From assembly GCA_964409675.1 (NCBI GenBank), contig CAYPEF010000003.1, positions 1-48,018 on the forward strand: a stretch of DNA of 48,018 nt. Reading direction: 5' to 3'. A program made the position numbers and the translations under genes. The stretch is from an uncultured Rickettsiales bacterium (lineage in GTDB: Bacteria > Pseudomonadota > Alphaproteobacteria > Rickettsiales > SXRF01). Below are positions 1 through 9,168 of the stretch, piece after piece (position 1 is the first letter of the stretch; every line of letters begins with the position of its first letter). Below the pieces are notes generated by a model, which worked only from the letters and a program-made list of their open reading frames with translations, was not told where the DNA came from and did no database searches.

Positions 1-49
<49 letters not shown>

Positions 50-146
50 AAGGATGATGCGTATTACTTTTCGAAGTTTACTCATCGCACCTTACATCCA
101 CTCACTTCGCCGCTTGCGCTTAGATGCTCTCTTCACAAAGTTAAAA

Positions 147-178
147 GCCCCGGAAGATTAATTTCTTCCGGGGCTTTT
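147..178 (+). terminator. Rho-independent terminator ~100 nt after the 16S 3' end
   Basis: 11-bp stem GCCCCGGAAGA / TCTTCCGGGGC, 6-nt loop TTAATT, followed by TTTT (175-178). Confidence 0.7.
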
Positions 179-240
179 CATATTTTATTTACTTTTTATG
201 GATTACACTCCAAAAAGATGTAAATTAATGTTAGCGATAT

Positions 241-870
241 ATGCCTGAATTTTATCAAAGAGTAATTAAAGCCAAGGATCTTCCGAGACAGGAAGAACTC
301 CCTGATGGAACTGTTTTCCCTGTCAAAGAAGGCGATATCGCTTTTTTCCAGGTCCCTCTGATGAATAAGCCAGCACCATCAGATGTTATGGCGCAATTTT
401 TGCCGAATCCAGGCGTTATTTTGCGCAAGGCAGAAGATGGCAATCTTCTGGTCATTGCAGAGCTGGTTAACATGATGCATGCCGGGCATACGGGCCAGGA
501 ACGCCTGGCTATGGAAATCGCTTATCTGGTACAACATGACCGCAGCTCCCACTCCTATCAATGCATGTACCCGGTGCCACTTGATGCACCAGTCCCCCTT
601 GAACAGTATGCAAAAAACCTGAGTTTTCCATCCCGGTCCCCTGCTATGCGTGGAACCCCTCATATACTGCCTGACGGAACAGAAGCCCCTCCTCAGGAAG
701 GAACGCCCTACCATACGCTGACAACCGTGGAAGAAAGATTTAAGGCATATCTCTCGGAACTGGCAAATAAACCGGATTTACTTAATGAAATACCGGAATC
801 CGTGAAACCGGTATTTCGCGGGCTGGGTAAAAATGCCTCTACCGGCTCGCCGTCTTCCGGTCGCGCATAA
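241..870 (+). CDS. Hypothetical protein (209 aa), no recognisable motif
   Basis: ATG-initiated ORF in an AT-richer segment. No competing ORF of similar length. No family motif recognised. Confidence 0.45.
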   Translation: MPEFYQRVIKAKDLPRQEELPDGTVFPVKEGDIAFFQVPLMNKPAPSDVMAQFLPNPGVILRKAEDGNLLVIAELVNMMHAGHTGQERLAMEIAYLVQHDRSSHSYQCMYPVPLDAPVPLEQYAKNLSFPSRSPAMRGTPHILPDGTEAPPQEGTPYHTLTTVEERFKAYLSELANKPDLLNEIPESVKPVFRGLGKNASTGSPSSGRA

Positions 871-1011
871 GTATTATAAGTTACTATAATTAATGAATAT
901 CGTCCAGCTTATCCAGAATATCCCTGATAAGTGAGAGATTCATCAAAATGTCACACATGGCGACAGGAAAACTGGTATTATAAACTATGATTTCATAGGT
1001 TTATTAAGAAA

Positions 1012-2703
1012 ATGAGTACATCCCCAACCACACCTCCGAAACCGAAGCTCTTTGCCGTACTGGCAGGCGATAATGGGGAAATGTACCTTGCGGAAGCAAC
1101 AGCCACAAAAGTTAAAGGCAAAAATGGCACTGAATTCACCCGCTATAAGCTGCAAGAAGGCGGAGAGGCGCTCCCTGCTTCACCCCTAATGGGTACCGCA
1201 ATCACAGTCAGTAAAAACCCCCAAAATTATGCCATTCACCCTGTGACCGATACACGGCTTAACGCTAATCTTGCGCAATTCACTCATGTTGTTGCAAACG
1301 CGACCATGAATGGCAGGCCCATGCGGTTAGGTAAAATCACAAAAAGTTTTATGGGCGGGAAAACACTGCAAGACATACCGCTCGGCGAAACACCGCTGAT
1401 CGTAACTGAAGCGGAACTTGCGGTGATCGCGCAGGACGGAGCGAAAGCAAGCAATGTTCCTCAGCGTTTTATGGGTGCATATAAGGCCCATATAACGGCA
1501 CAGGAAACCGGAATAGAGCGTATAGAACGCTTTAACCAGGCAGATATGCGACGCACTCGCGCAATGGACGCCGCAAAAGCAGAGATGGATATGCTGGCTG
1601 TCGAGGCAGCATCCCTGCATAACATTAACGACACGCTGCGCACCTACCAGAATGATCATTCAATCGGCGGCTATATCGCAGGGCAACAAACACAGCTTAA
1701 GGCACGCGCGGAGAGGCTGGCAAAGCAACAGCAGGCATCCGCTAATCAATATGCCAAGCTCAGCACAATGAGCGATCCCGAAACGATATTGACGCAATTC
1801 GGTAAGCCGGAAGATACGCAGATTGCAAGAGCAGAAGCTGAGAAACTGCTTGGGCGCCCGCTTTCCACTCCTGAAACGCAACTGGCACGGAATGCACCCG
1901 CCCCTGCTCCATCGCAGGGTGCTTCCGCAACACCCGCGCCGGACGCGTATGATAAGCGATTGGCTGAGTTGCAGAAGATTGCGGATGAGAAAAGGGCAGG
2001 ATTGTTGCAAGCGTCAGAAAACGTGGAATCAATGCGAATGTCCTTCAACCGGGCTTCAACGAACGAACAAAAACTATGGGGCGATGCGATCCGTGCAAAA
2101 ATGCAACTTGAGAAAGACTATACCCTTGCTCAAAAAGAATTGGCCAAACTCCAATCGCTTGACCGGCAGCATTACCTAAAGGCTCTTGCCGACAATAAGA
2201 ACCAGGAACCCGATCTTGACGTTGCGCTAACGCAAAAGGTGCTCAAGGTGCTCGAAGAAAGTCCACCACCAAATGTAGTCGCGGGTCCAGCTCCATTACG
2301 CAACCCTGTTATTCCCACCTCCACCAGTGCCGCAGGCGACAGCGGCACCCCAGAAGGCACCGGTGAATCTCTGCTGGGCGGCGGCGCAGCCGGGATAGGC
2401 GCATTGGCGCTTCTTGGCTCTAATCCTGCAGGCTGGGCGATTGCCGCGGTGGCAGCGGTGGCGGTTGGTTACATGATCTACCAATCCAAGAATAAAAAGC
2501 CCGCCCCTGCCCCGGAAACCGTGGCTGCTAATACGCCCGCCAGCGGAAAAGCCCCGCAGGGCGCAACGCCCGCGCAGGCCCAGGCGCTGGACCCAACGCA
2601 AAATTTTACCGCCTACGCACAGCCCAATGGGCAGTATGCGCAGAACCCCAACGCGCACCTGCCCAATAATCCGCAGCAACCCGGCGGGCGAGCTCCGGCC
2701 TAG
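1012..2703 (+). CDS. Hypothetical membrane-anchored protein with a coiled-coil-like centre and a Pro/Gln/Ala-rich tail (563 aa)
   Basis: Long ORF. Heptad-like charged helical stretches at ~aa 170-400. Two adjacent hydrophobic segments at aa ~453-490 (LLGGGAAGIGALALLGS...AGWAIAAVAAVAVGYMIY). C-terminal tail rich in P/A/Q/N. Confidence 0.55.
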   Translation: MSTSPTTPPKPKLFAVLAGDNGEMYLAEATATKVKGKNGTEFTRYKLQEGGEALPASPLMGTAITVSKNPQNYAIHPVTDTRLNANLAQFTHVVANATMNGRPMRLGKITKSFMGGKTLQDIPLGETPLIVTEAELAVIAQDGAKASNVPQRFMGAYKAHITAQETGIERIERFNQADMRRTRAMDAAKAEMDMLAVEAASLHNINDTLRTYQNDHSIGGYIAGQQTQLKARAERLAKQQQASANQYAKLSTMSDPETILTQFGKPEDTQIARAEAEKLLGRPLSTPETQLARNAPAPAPSQGASATPAPDAYDKRLAELQKIADEKRAGLLQASENVESMRMSFNRASTNEQKLWGDAIRAKMQLEKDYTLAQKELAKLQSLDRQHYLKALADNKNQEPDLDVALTQKVLKVLEESPPPNVVAGPAPLRNPVIPTSTSAAGDSGTPEGTGESLLGGGAAGIGALALLGSNPAGWAIAAVAAVAVGYMIYQSKNKKPAPAPETVAANTPASGKAPQGATPAQAQALDPTQNFTAYAQPNGQYAQNPNAHLPNNPQQPGGRAPA

Positions 2704-3968
2704 GCCAGACGCTCCATCGCCACCATGCGCTCATCTTCCGCTGCATAGCGCTCCCGCCCCGCCGCCAGCGCGGCGAGCACGGCCACCAGTCCATAGGCGG
2801 TAAAATGACAGTCGCGCACCGGCTGGCGGCAGTCGAACACGGTTTCCATTTCGTCGCACATGCCGGTAAAGCGCATGCCGGCGGCATTGAGATTGCTCTG
2901 TGCGTCGCGGTTTTCATTCACGCGGTACATGCCGCCCACCGGAATGCCGTCGATCAGGTAGATCATCGGCTCGGCGAAATGCCCCTCCACCTGGTCAATA
3001 GTGGGAATGCCCTCCTGGATGATCACTTCCGACACGTGCGCGCCTTCCTTGATGACATGCATCTTGTTGCGCTCTTTCTTATTCATCTCCAGCAATTCCG
3101 AGCCGTCATGCACCGTCATGATGCCCATGCCGTAGGTGCCGGAATCGGCTTTCACGAAGACATAAGGATCCTCGGCAATGCCGTATTCCTTATGCTTGGC
3201 GCGTGCGCCTTCGATCAGCTCATCCACTGCTTTTGCCAAGCAATCCACGCCCTGGCGCTCCTTGAAGTCAATCGCCCCGCAAGCATGGAAGCGGGCGGAG
3301 AGCAGCCACGGATCAAGGCCAAAAGCGGAAGCGAATTCCCCAGATAACGCCCGATAAGCAGCGAAATGCACGCTTTTTCGGCGCTGGTACCAGCCCATTG
3401 CCATCGGCGGCAGCACGGGCTGCGCGATGCCCTCCAGCAGCGCCGACGGCCCGGAGGTGAAATCATTGTTAAGAAACACTATATCCGGTGCAAAGCCGGA
3501 TTCCGTCACCAGCCGGTTGCCGCTGCGCAGCAAGGGCTGCTCGATGATTTCCATGCCCGACGGCGCCTGCAACCTTACCGGCTCGCCCGCCAACGCCTGC
3601 AGACTGCCGAACTGCACCTCCAGGCCGGCGGAGCGGAACAGGAAAGAGAGCATGGCGAGGTTATCGAGATAGGGCAGATTGCGCGTATGGTTCTCCGGGA
3701 TGATCAGCACACGCTCCGCCATCGGATAATGCTCATTAAGATAGCTGCGGATACGCGCCGCCGCCCGTTTGCCCGCATTGACGGAGAGATTGTTGAACCC
3801 CGCCGGATAGAGGTTGGTATCCACCGGTGCCAGCCGCACCCCCGAATGGCGCAGATCCACTGAGCTGGTAAAATGCGGCGCGGCCAGGCGGCGCTGCGCG
3901 CCGAGCCATGCTTCCACCTCGTCATAGCGTCGTTCGTACAAATCCTTCAGCGTCTCCAGTATCATCAT
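2700..3968 (-). CDS. gshA: Glutamate--cysteine ligase, ~420-aa proteobacterial type (GshA-like)
   Basis: N-terminus ...FTSSVDLRHSGVRLAPVDTNLYPAGFNNL... resembles the short 'Acidithiobacillus-type' gamma-glutamylcysteine synthetase family as I recall it. ATGA start/stop overlap with the upstream rsmE. Confidence 0.55.
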   Translation of the reverse strand: MMILETLKDLYERRYDEVEAWLGAQRRLAAPHFTSSVDLRHSGVRLAPVDTNLYPAGFNNLSVNAGKRAAARIRSYLNEHYPMAERVLIIPENHTRNLPYLDNLAMLSFLFRSAGLEVQFGSLQALAGEPVRLQAPSGMEIIEQPLLRSGNRLVTESGFAPDIVFLNNDFTSGPSALLEGIAQPVLPPMAMGWYQRRKSVHFAAYRALSGEFASAFGLDPWLLSARFHACGAIDFKERQGVDCLAKAVDELIEGARAKHKEYGIAEDPYVFVKADSGTYGMGIMTVHDGSELLEMNKKERNKMHVIKEGAHVSEVIIQEGIPTIDQVEGHFAEPMIYLIDGIPVGGMYRVNENRDAQSNLNAAGMRFTGMCDEMETVFDCRQPVRDCHFTAYGLVAVLAALAAGRERYAAEDERMVAMERLA

Positions 3969-4798
3969 GCCTCGCTCAACTTTCCATTACATCCCTCACT
4001 CAAGGAGGAGGAAGCAGTAAATGACGGCTGTTCGTCCCAGTCACCCAGCCATGCCTGCACGCAGGCGAGCGCCGCCAGAGCCGCCGTTTCGGCGCGCAGG
4101 ATGCGCGGACCTAAACTCACCGGTTTAATATAGGGTAGCCCGCGCAGAATTCCACGCTCCTCCGGCGAAAATCCGCCCTCCGGCCCGATTAATACGGCGT
4201 AGCGCGCCGGCGAGAGCGCGGGCAGCGCCTGCTTCAGTGCTTCCCCCTGCCCGCTTTCATCGCAGTGCAGCAAGGTGATGTCCGCCGGCCATGCGGAAAG
4301 CAACCGCTCCAGCTTTTGCGGCGCATGGATCGCCGGAACATCCAGCCGCCCGCACTGCTCCGCCGCTTCCACGGCGTTGCTCATCAGCCGCTCCTCATTG
4401 ACGCGGCTAACGATTGTATAGCGCGTAAATACCGGCCAGATATCGCTCACCCCCAGCTCTACCGCCCGCTTGACCAGGAAATCGATTTTCTCATTCTTCA
4501 CCGGCGCGAACACCAGACCGACGGGCGGGCTGGCGCGCTGCGGCTTCAGCTGGCGCGCCACCCGCGCATCCGCCTCGCGCTTGCCGACGCGGGTCAGCTC
4601 CGCCGCCCATTCGCCGTCCCGCCCGTTAAAGAGCGCTACCCACTCGCCGGGCTTCGCGCGCAGCGTATGGATCAGGTAATGCGCCGCCGCCTCTTGCAGC
4701 GTCACATTCGCGCCTTCGCGCAAACGCGCATCGCGCAGGTAAAGGCGCGCCTTGATTTTTTGCGGTGCATGCGCTTCAGTCATACGCGGTAGATACAT
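3965..4798 (-). CDS. rsmE: 16S rRNA (uracil-N3)-methyltransferase, RsmE family
   Basis: RsmE-type C-terminal SPOUT motif LIGPEGGFSPEE, PUA-like N-terminus and typical size. Start uncertain (4798 or 4783). Confidence 0.8.
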   Translation of the reverse strand: MYLPRMTEAHAPQKIKARLYLRDARLREGANVTLQEAAAHYLIHTLRAKPGEWVALFNGRDGEWAAELTRVGKREADARVARQLKPQRASPPVGLVFAPVKNEKIDFLVKRAVELGVSDIWPVFTRYTIVSRVNEERLMSNAVEAAEQCGRLDVPAIHAPQKLERLLSAWPADITLLHCDESGQGEALKQALPALSPARYAVLIGPEGGFSPEERGILRGLPYIKPVSLGPRILRAETAALAALACVQAWLGDWDEQPSFTASSSLSEGCNGKLSEA

Positions 4799-4833
4799 TG
4801 TTTCGTTTATAATCCCCGCACCATAAGGAGCCT

Positions 4834-5682
4834 ATGTCAAAGGCGCAAGCCCATCCCTATTTCCGCCTGATGCGGCTGCACCAGCCGGTGGGCGCGTGGC
4901 TGCTGTTTTGGCCCTGCGCATGGGCGCTGGCGCTGGGCAGCCATGGCCGGCCGCCGCTGCTTGCGTTAGCGTTCTTTGCTACCGGCGCACTAATCATGCG
5001 CGCTGCCGGTTGCATTATCAACGACCTGACCGACCGTAAATTCGATGTGAAAGTCGAGCGCACCCGCACCCGCCCGCTGGCGAGCGGCGAGACATCGGCC
5101 AAGGAAGCCCTGCTGCTGCTCGGCGCATTGCTTGCCTGCGCGCTGGTGGTGGCATGGGTGCTGGGTCCGCGCGTATTAATCTGGTCCTTGGCGGCCATGC
5201 CGCTGGTGATCGCCTATCCGTGGATGAAGCGCATCACATGGTGGCCGCAGCTGTTTCTGGGGCTTACGTTCAACTGGGGCGCGCTGGCAGGCTGGGTCTA
5301 TGTGCATGGTGCGCCGGAAGTGCCTGCTGTGCTTCTCTACCTCGCCGGCATCTTCTGGACACTCGGCTATGACACGATCTACGCCCATCAGGATAAAGAA
5401 GACGACGCGCTGATCGGCGTCAAATCCACCGCGCTGAAACTGGGCGCGCAGACGAGACGCTGGCTCTGCCTGTTTTATGCGCTCTGCACTATCTGCTTAT
5501 CCCTTGCAGCCATGCTGCAGGATGCGCAGGCCTTATGTTATGCCATACTGCTGCTGGTAGCAGCAGATTTTTCCTGCCAGATACGCCGCCTCAACCTGGA
5601 CGACCGCGCATCGGCCCTGCGCATCTTCCGGCAGAACGCGCGCACCGGCAGCTTGATTTTTCTTGCTTTCCTCCTGATGTAA
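4834..5682 (+). CDS. ubiA: 4-hydroxybenzoate polyprenyltransferase (UbiA family)
   Basis: NDLTDRKFDVKVERTRTRPLASGE (NDxxDxxxD prenyl-diphosphate motif), second Asp-rich motif YAHQDKEDD, multiple TM helices. Confidence 0.85.
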   Translation: MSKAQAHPYFRLMRLHQPVGAWLLFWPCAWALALGSHGRPPLLALAFFATGALIMRAAGCIINDLTDRKFDVKVERTRTRPLASGETSAKEALLLLGALLACALVVAWVLGPRVLIWSLAAMPLVIAYPWMKRITWWPQLFLGLTFNWGALAGWVYVHGAPEVPAVLLYLAGIFWTLGYDTIYAHQDKEDDALIGVKSTALKLGAQTRRWLCLFYALCTICLSLAAMLQDAQALCYAILLLVAADFSCQIRRLNLDDRASALRIFRQNARTGSLIFLAFLLM

Positions 5683-5872
5683 AACCGCCCCGACAATCCG
5701 CCTGAGAACAGTTTTAGAGCACATTGTCATTGAAAATAATAATGTAAACAGCACGTTATCATTGTCTTTCTTTTAAGAAAATATGCGTAAAATTGCTTGC
5801 TCTTTAAGCATTTTTTACTTTTTTCTGCCCATAATAGCGGATTGAATTTAACCGAAGGCATCCCGCAACCAC

Positions 5873-7198
5873 ATGCAAGGGCAGGAAATCCCCCGTAATG
5901 GCGCACATCATGCGCAGCCTCCCGGCTGGTCGGCTGCGCCTGCGCGCGCGGCTGCGCATGAGGGAGAGTTCCTCGGACTGATCGATAAATCCATTCGCCA
6001 GTGCACGCTCAGCCACACATCCGGCGCGCTGTTGCTGGTGCATATCAGCAACCTCGCCATGGTGATCAGCGGCTATGGGCACGATGTTTCCGAAACCGTT
6101 ATCCACGATTTGATCTCCAAGCTGCGCGACCTGCTCTCCTCGCTCGATACCGTTGAACGCCTCCAGCGCGACCAGATCGGCATTATTCTCACCAACAGCT
6201 ACCCGGAAGAAACCGAGCGCACCGCCCAGCGCATCATCGACACACTGCAGAATTACGGGCGCGATAATTTCGCCACCGCATCGCTGCACATCATGGGCAC
6301 TATCGGCGCGGTACATTTCCCGTCCGAGGCGCAGCAGGCCACCGACGCCATGGATAAGGCGTACGTGGCGCTCTACAGCACCCAGTCATCGCTCTACCGC
6401 ACCTTCTCCGCCTCCAAGCGCGAGGCCGACCTTTGCCGCCAGCAGATGGGCCTGGCCAGCTATCTCTACAACGCCTATCAGGAGCAGCGCCTGCGGCTGG
6501 CCTGGCAGCCGATTCTGGAAGTCGCCACCGGCACCATCGCGCATTACGAGGCGCTGCTGCGCATCAAAAGCCTGAACGGCAAGATCAGCTCTGCGGGAGC
6601 GCTAATACCGGTGGCCGAGAAAATGGGCCTGATCGAAACCATCGACATCATGGTGCTGGAAAAAGTGGTGCAGGAGCTGCGCGACTCGCCCGATATCAGC
6701 ATCGCCTTCAATATCTCCAACCTCACCACCGAAAACCCAATCTGGCTGGAGGCGCTTACCAATTTAGTGGAGCAGACGCCCGACATCACCTCCCGCATGA
6801 TGGTGGAGATCACTGAAACTGCTGTGCAGCGGGATTTACGCCGCGCCGCCTATTTCGTGGCCAGCCTGCAATCCTTAGGCTGCCAGGTGGCGCTGGACGA
6901 TTTCGGTTCCGGCTACACCTCCTTCCGCCAGCTGAAAGCCCTCTCGGTGGATTTAGTGAAAATCGACGGCGTATTTATCAAGGACATCGCCCAGAACGCC
7001 GACAGCCGCTTTTTCGTCAAAACCCTGCTCGATTTCGCGCGCGGCTTCGGCCTGAAAACGGTGGCGGAATTCGTCGAAACCGGCGAAATCGCCAAAATCC
7101 TCATCGACATGGGCGTCGATTACCTGCAGGGCTACTACTTAGGCAAGCCCGAAAACCACCGCCGCTGGCTGAAAGAAGGCGAATACGGGGTGGAATGA
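5873..7198 (+). CDS. Cyclic-di-GMP phosphodiesterase: degenerate GGDEF domain plus EAL domain
   Basis: EAL signature HYEALLRIK, DDFGSGYTSF, and KIDG/EFVE motifs. In the upstream GGDEF-like domain, the GG[DE]EF position reads RLQRDQIG. Confidence 0.8.
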   Translation: MQGQEIPRNGAHHAQPPGWSAAPARAAAHEGEFLGLIDKSIRQCTLSHTSGALLLVHISNLAMVISGYGHDVSETVIHDLISKLRDLLSSLDTVERLQRDQIGIILTNSYPEETERTAQRIIDTLQNYGRDNFATASLHIMGTIGAVHFPSEAQQATDAMDKAYVALYSTQSSLYRTFSASKREADLCRQQMGLASYLYNAYQEQRLRLAWQPILEVATGTIAHYEALLRIKSLNGKISSAGALIPVAEKMGLIETIDIMVLEKVVQELRDSPDISIAFNISNLTTENPIWLEALTNLVEQTPDITSRMMVEITETAVQRDLRRAAYFVASLQSLGCQVALDDFGSGYTSFRQLKALSVDLVKIDGVFIKDIAQNADSRFFVKTLLDFARGFGLKTVAEFVETGEIAKILIDMGVDYLQGYYLGKPENHRRWLKEGEYGVE

Positions 7199-8614
7199 TC
7201 ACTTCCATCGGCCTCCTGTACGAGGTTCAACATCCGGTTTTATTAATTCACGCCAGTTTCTAGGCTTCATGGCTGCATGCCTTTGCTCTGGCGTTTTGCC
7301 CTCCCATTGCTCCAGGGTATTATCTAAATTCCAGCTGGCTACGCGGTCAATCTGACTATCGTGAAGAGTTGGATTTCCCTTCAGCGCAAGCACAAAATTA
7401 TAGCGGCGCAGCAATTCGCGCACCTGCGTTTCATTTGGTGTTGCCGCTTCTTTATTCTCCCATCGCTCGACATCATTAGCGGTAATACGCACGGCAGGCT
7501 GAGCGGAAGGAATATCAATGCGGAAAATATCATCCACCGACATCCCAATATCAGAAGCATTCCGGATAGCTTTCAGCACATCTTTAATTGGCGTACCTCG
7601 GCGTATATTAGCAATCACATCGTGCGATGTATTATTTAACTGCTGTTGCGTATAAGGTGATAATTCCACCAGTTCCTGCACATCCATCTCCGTACAGGCA
7701 ATGCCCTCTTTTGCATAAGCGTTTAATACTTCTATCAGTACACGCATATTAAAAAGCGTTGGCGTGATCGTATTACGCCATTGCGTCAGATACGGCCGAT
7801 GAATACGAAGTACTCCACTGGCAGGATCGCGGCTACGCTCAGCGATCTGGACTGAGGAAATCTTTTGTGCAGATAACTTGGTAAGAATCTCATCCAGCTT
7901 TGCGTTGAACGGCGAGCGGCGGCCCTCATCTTTCGGAGCAACACAGGCGGTCATCAGGCGTTCCCTGCCGTAATACCCATCAAGCATAACGGCTTGTTGC
8001 TTATCCAAGCCTAGATAGGAATAAATCGCCTGCCGTTGCGCTGGCGCGGCGTTACTTCGCCCATTGACTATATTAGTCAGTAAAGGCGCGGGCAGTTGGC
8101 TCTCGGGCGCCTGGTGCGCCAGTTCACCCGCGATATCGGGAAATGATCGGCGCCCTCCCTGCATATGGAAGTCCAGCAGCTTATGCACAACCTGCGACCA
8201 TGTAACTTCATTTTTTTCTAATCTTTGCTGCGCCCGCATCAACACGTCGCAGTTAAATACCGCAATGGTTTCTGGCGTTACTTCCACAAGCCCCGCTTTG
8301 GTAAAAAGAGGGATACGATGCGCCTGCGTATCAAGATGAAGGGGATTCGGCTGTGCCGATAGCAAATCCTCAATAAAACGATATGGTGGCTGTTGTGCGC
8401 CATTCCGATAACCACCAAGCGATACGTAACTGTAAGATTTTCTACCCAATGCAGATGCCAACTGCCGCTCCAGATCGCGGTTGGTCAATTGATTGCAGCC
8501 CATAAGCGAATTGAACAATCCGGCAAAATCCTGATAATCATTCCACTGGCCGATTATCTCCTGCACCGCTAACAGAGCACGATCTTCGCCAAGTGTAATA
8601 CGGCGCTTATGCAC
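7199..8614 (-). CDS. Hypothetical protein (471 aa) with about four internal HTH-like repeat modules
   Basis: Long ORF in a visibly AT-richer segment. A recurring C-terminal module signature ([YWIV]-x-N-[GTK]...P...[LI][LYI]) is seen four times. No catalytic motif recognised. Confidence 0.5.
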   Translation of the reverse strand: MHKRRITLGEDRALLAVQEIIGQWNDYQDFAGLFNSLMGCNQLTNRDLERQLASALGRKSYSYVSLGGYRNGAQQPPYRFIEDLLSAQPNPLHLDTQAHRIPLFTKAGLVEVTPETIAVFNCDVLMRAQQRLEKNEVTWSQVVHKLLDFHMQGGRRSFPDIAGELAHQAPESQLPAPLLTNIVNGRSNAAPAQRQAIYSYLGLDKQQAVMLDGYYGRERLMTACVAPKDEGRRSPFNAKLDEILTKLSAQKISSVQIAERSRDPASGVLRIHRPYLTQWRNTITPTLFNMRVLIEVLNAYAKEGIACTEMDVQELVELSPYTQQQLNNTSHDVIANIRRGTPIKDVLKAIRNASDIGMSVDDIFRIDIPSAQPAVRITANDVERWENKEAATPNETQVRELLRRYNFVLALKGNPTLHDSQIDRVASWNLDNTLEQWEGKTPEQRHAAMKPRNWRELIKPDVEPRTGGRWK

Positions 8615-8628
8615 GGCAAATCCTCAGT

Positions 8629-9165
8629 CTATTTATCCAAAATATTAATAAACGCCAATGATAATACCGCTTCATCCGCCTCCGAATCAGTGCTATCGCC
8701 CTCCGCCAGCCGTATTATTCTGCCAACCCCTGCCGCCCGGCCCGCCTGCACGTCGCTTTCCTTGTCACCGATGAGAATGCTTTCCCGCAGATCGATGCCA
8801 TGCTCGCGCGCTGCCTGCAATATCATCCCCGGTTGCGGTTTGCGGCAATGGCAATTCTGCCGGTATTCCCCCTGCCCCGCTTCCGGGTGGTGCGGGCAGT
8901 AATAGGTCTGGGTGATAGTGATATTCTGCTGCGCGAACTGCGCATGTATCCATGCGGTGAAAGCGTGGAATTGCGCCTCGCTGTAATAGCCGCGCCCGAT
9001 GCCCGCCTGGTTAGTAACGATAATAATCAAATATCCTTGCGCCTGCGCCGCTGCGCAAAGCGCGAAAATACCTTCTACGAACTCGCAATTCTCCGGCGTA
9101 TGCACATAGCCGTGATCGATATTGATCACCCCGTCGCGGTCAAGAAAAAGCGCTTTGCGTAACAC
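8629..9165 (-). CDS. gmhB: D-glycero-D-manno-heptose 1,7-bisphosphate phosphatase (HAD family)
   Basis: FLDRDGVIN (DxDG HAD motif I), TNQAGIGRGY, Zn-site CPHHP...CHCRKP, and GDKESD motif. Confidence 0.85.
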   Translation of the reverse strand: MLRKALFLDRDGVINIDHGYVHTPENCEFVEGIFALCAAAQAQGYLIIIVTNQAGIGRGYYSEAQFHAFTAWIHAQFAQQNITITQTYYCPHHPEAGQGEYRQNCHCRKPQPGMILQAAREHGIDLRESILIGDKESDVQAGRAAGVGRIIRLAEGDSTDSEADEAVLSLAFINILDK

Positions 9166-9168
9166 CGC

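Noticed and set aside
50-240. tRNA-Ile/tRNA-Ala or another small RNA in the 16S downstream spacer.
   Set aside because: No acceptor or T-arm (GGTTCGAATCC-like) pattern was visible. The only strong structure is the terminator hairpin at 147-178.
2700-2703. Convergent genes sharing overlapping stop codons in a CTAG palindrome, and the 17-nt convergent overlap at 36804-36820.
   Set aside because: This is real in the sequence, but it is most simply a consequence of compact gene packing. No functional signal can be argued from it alone.
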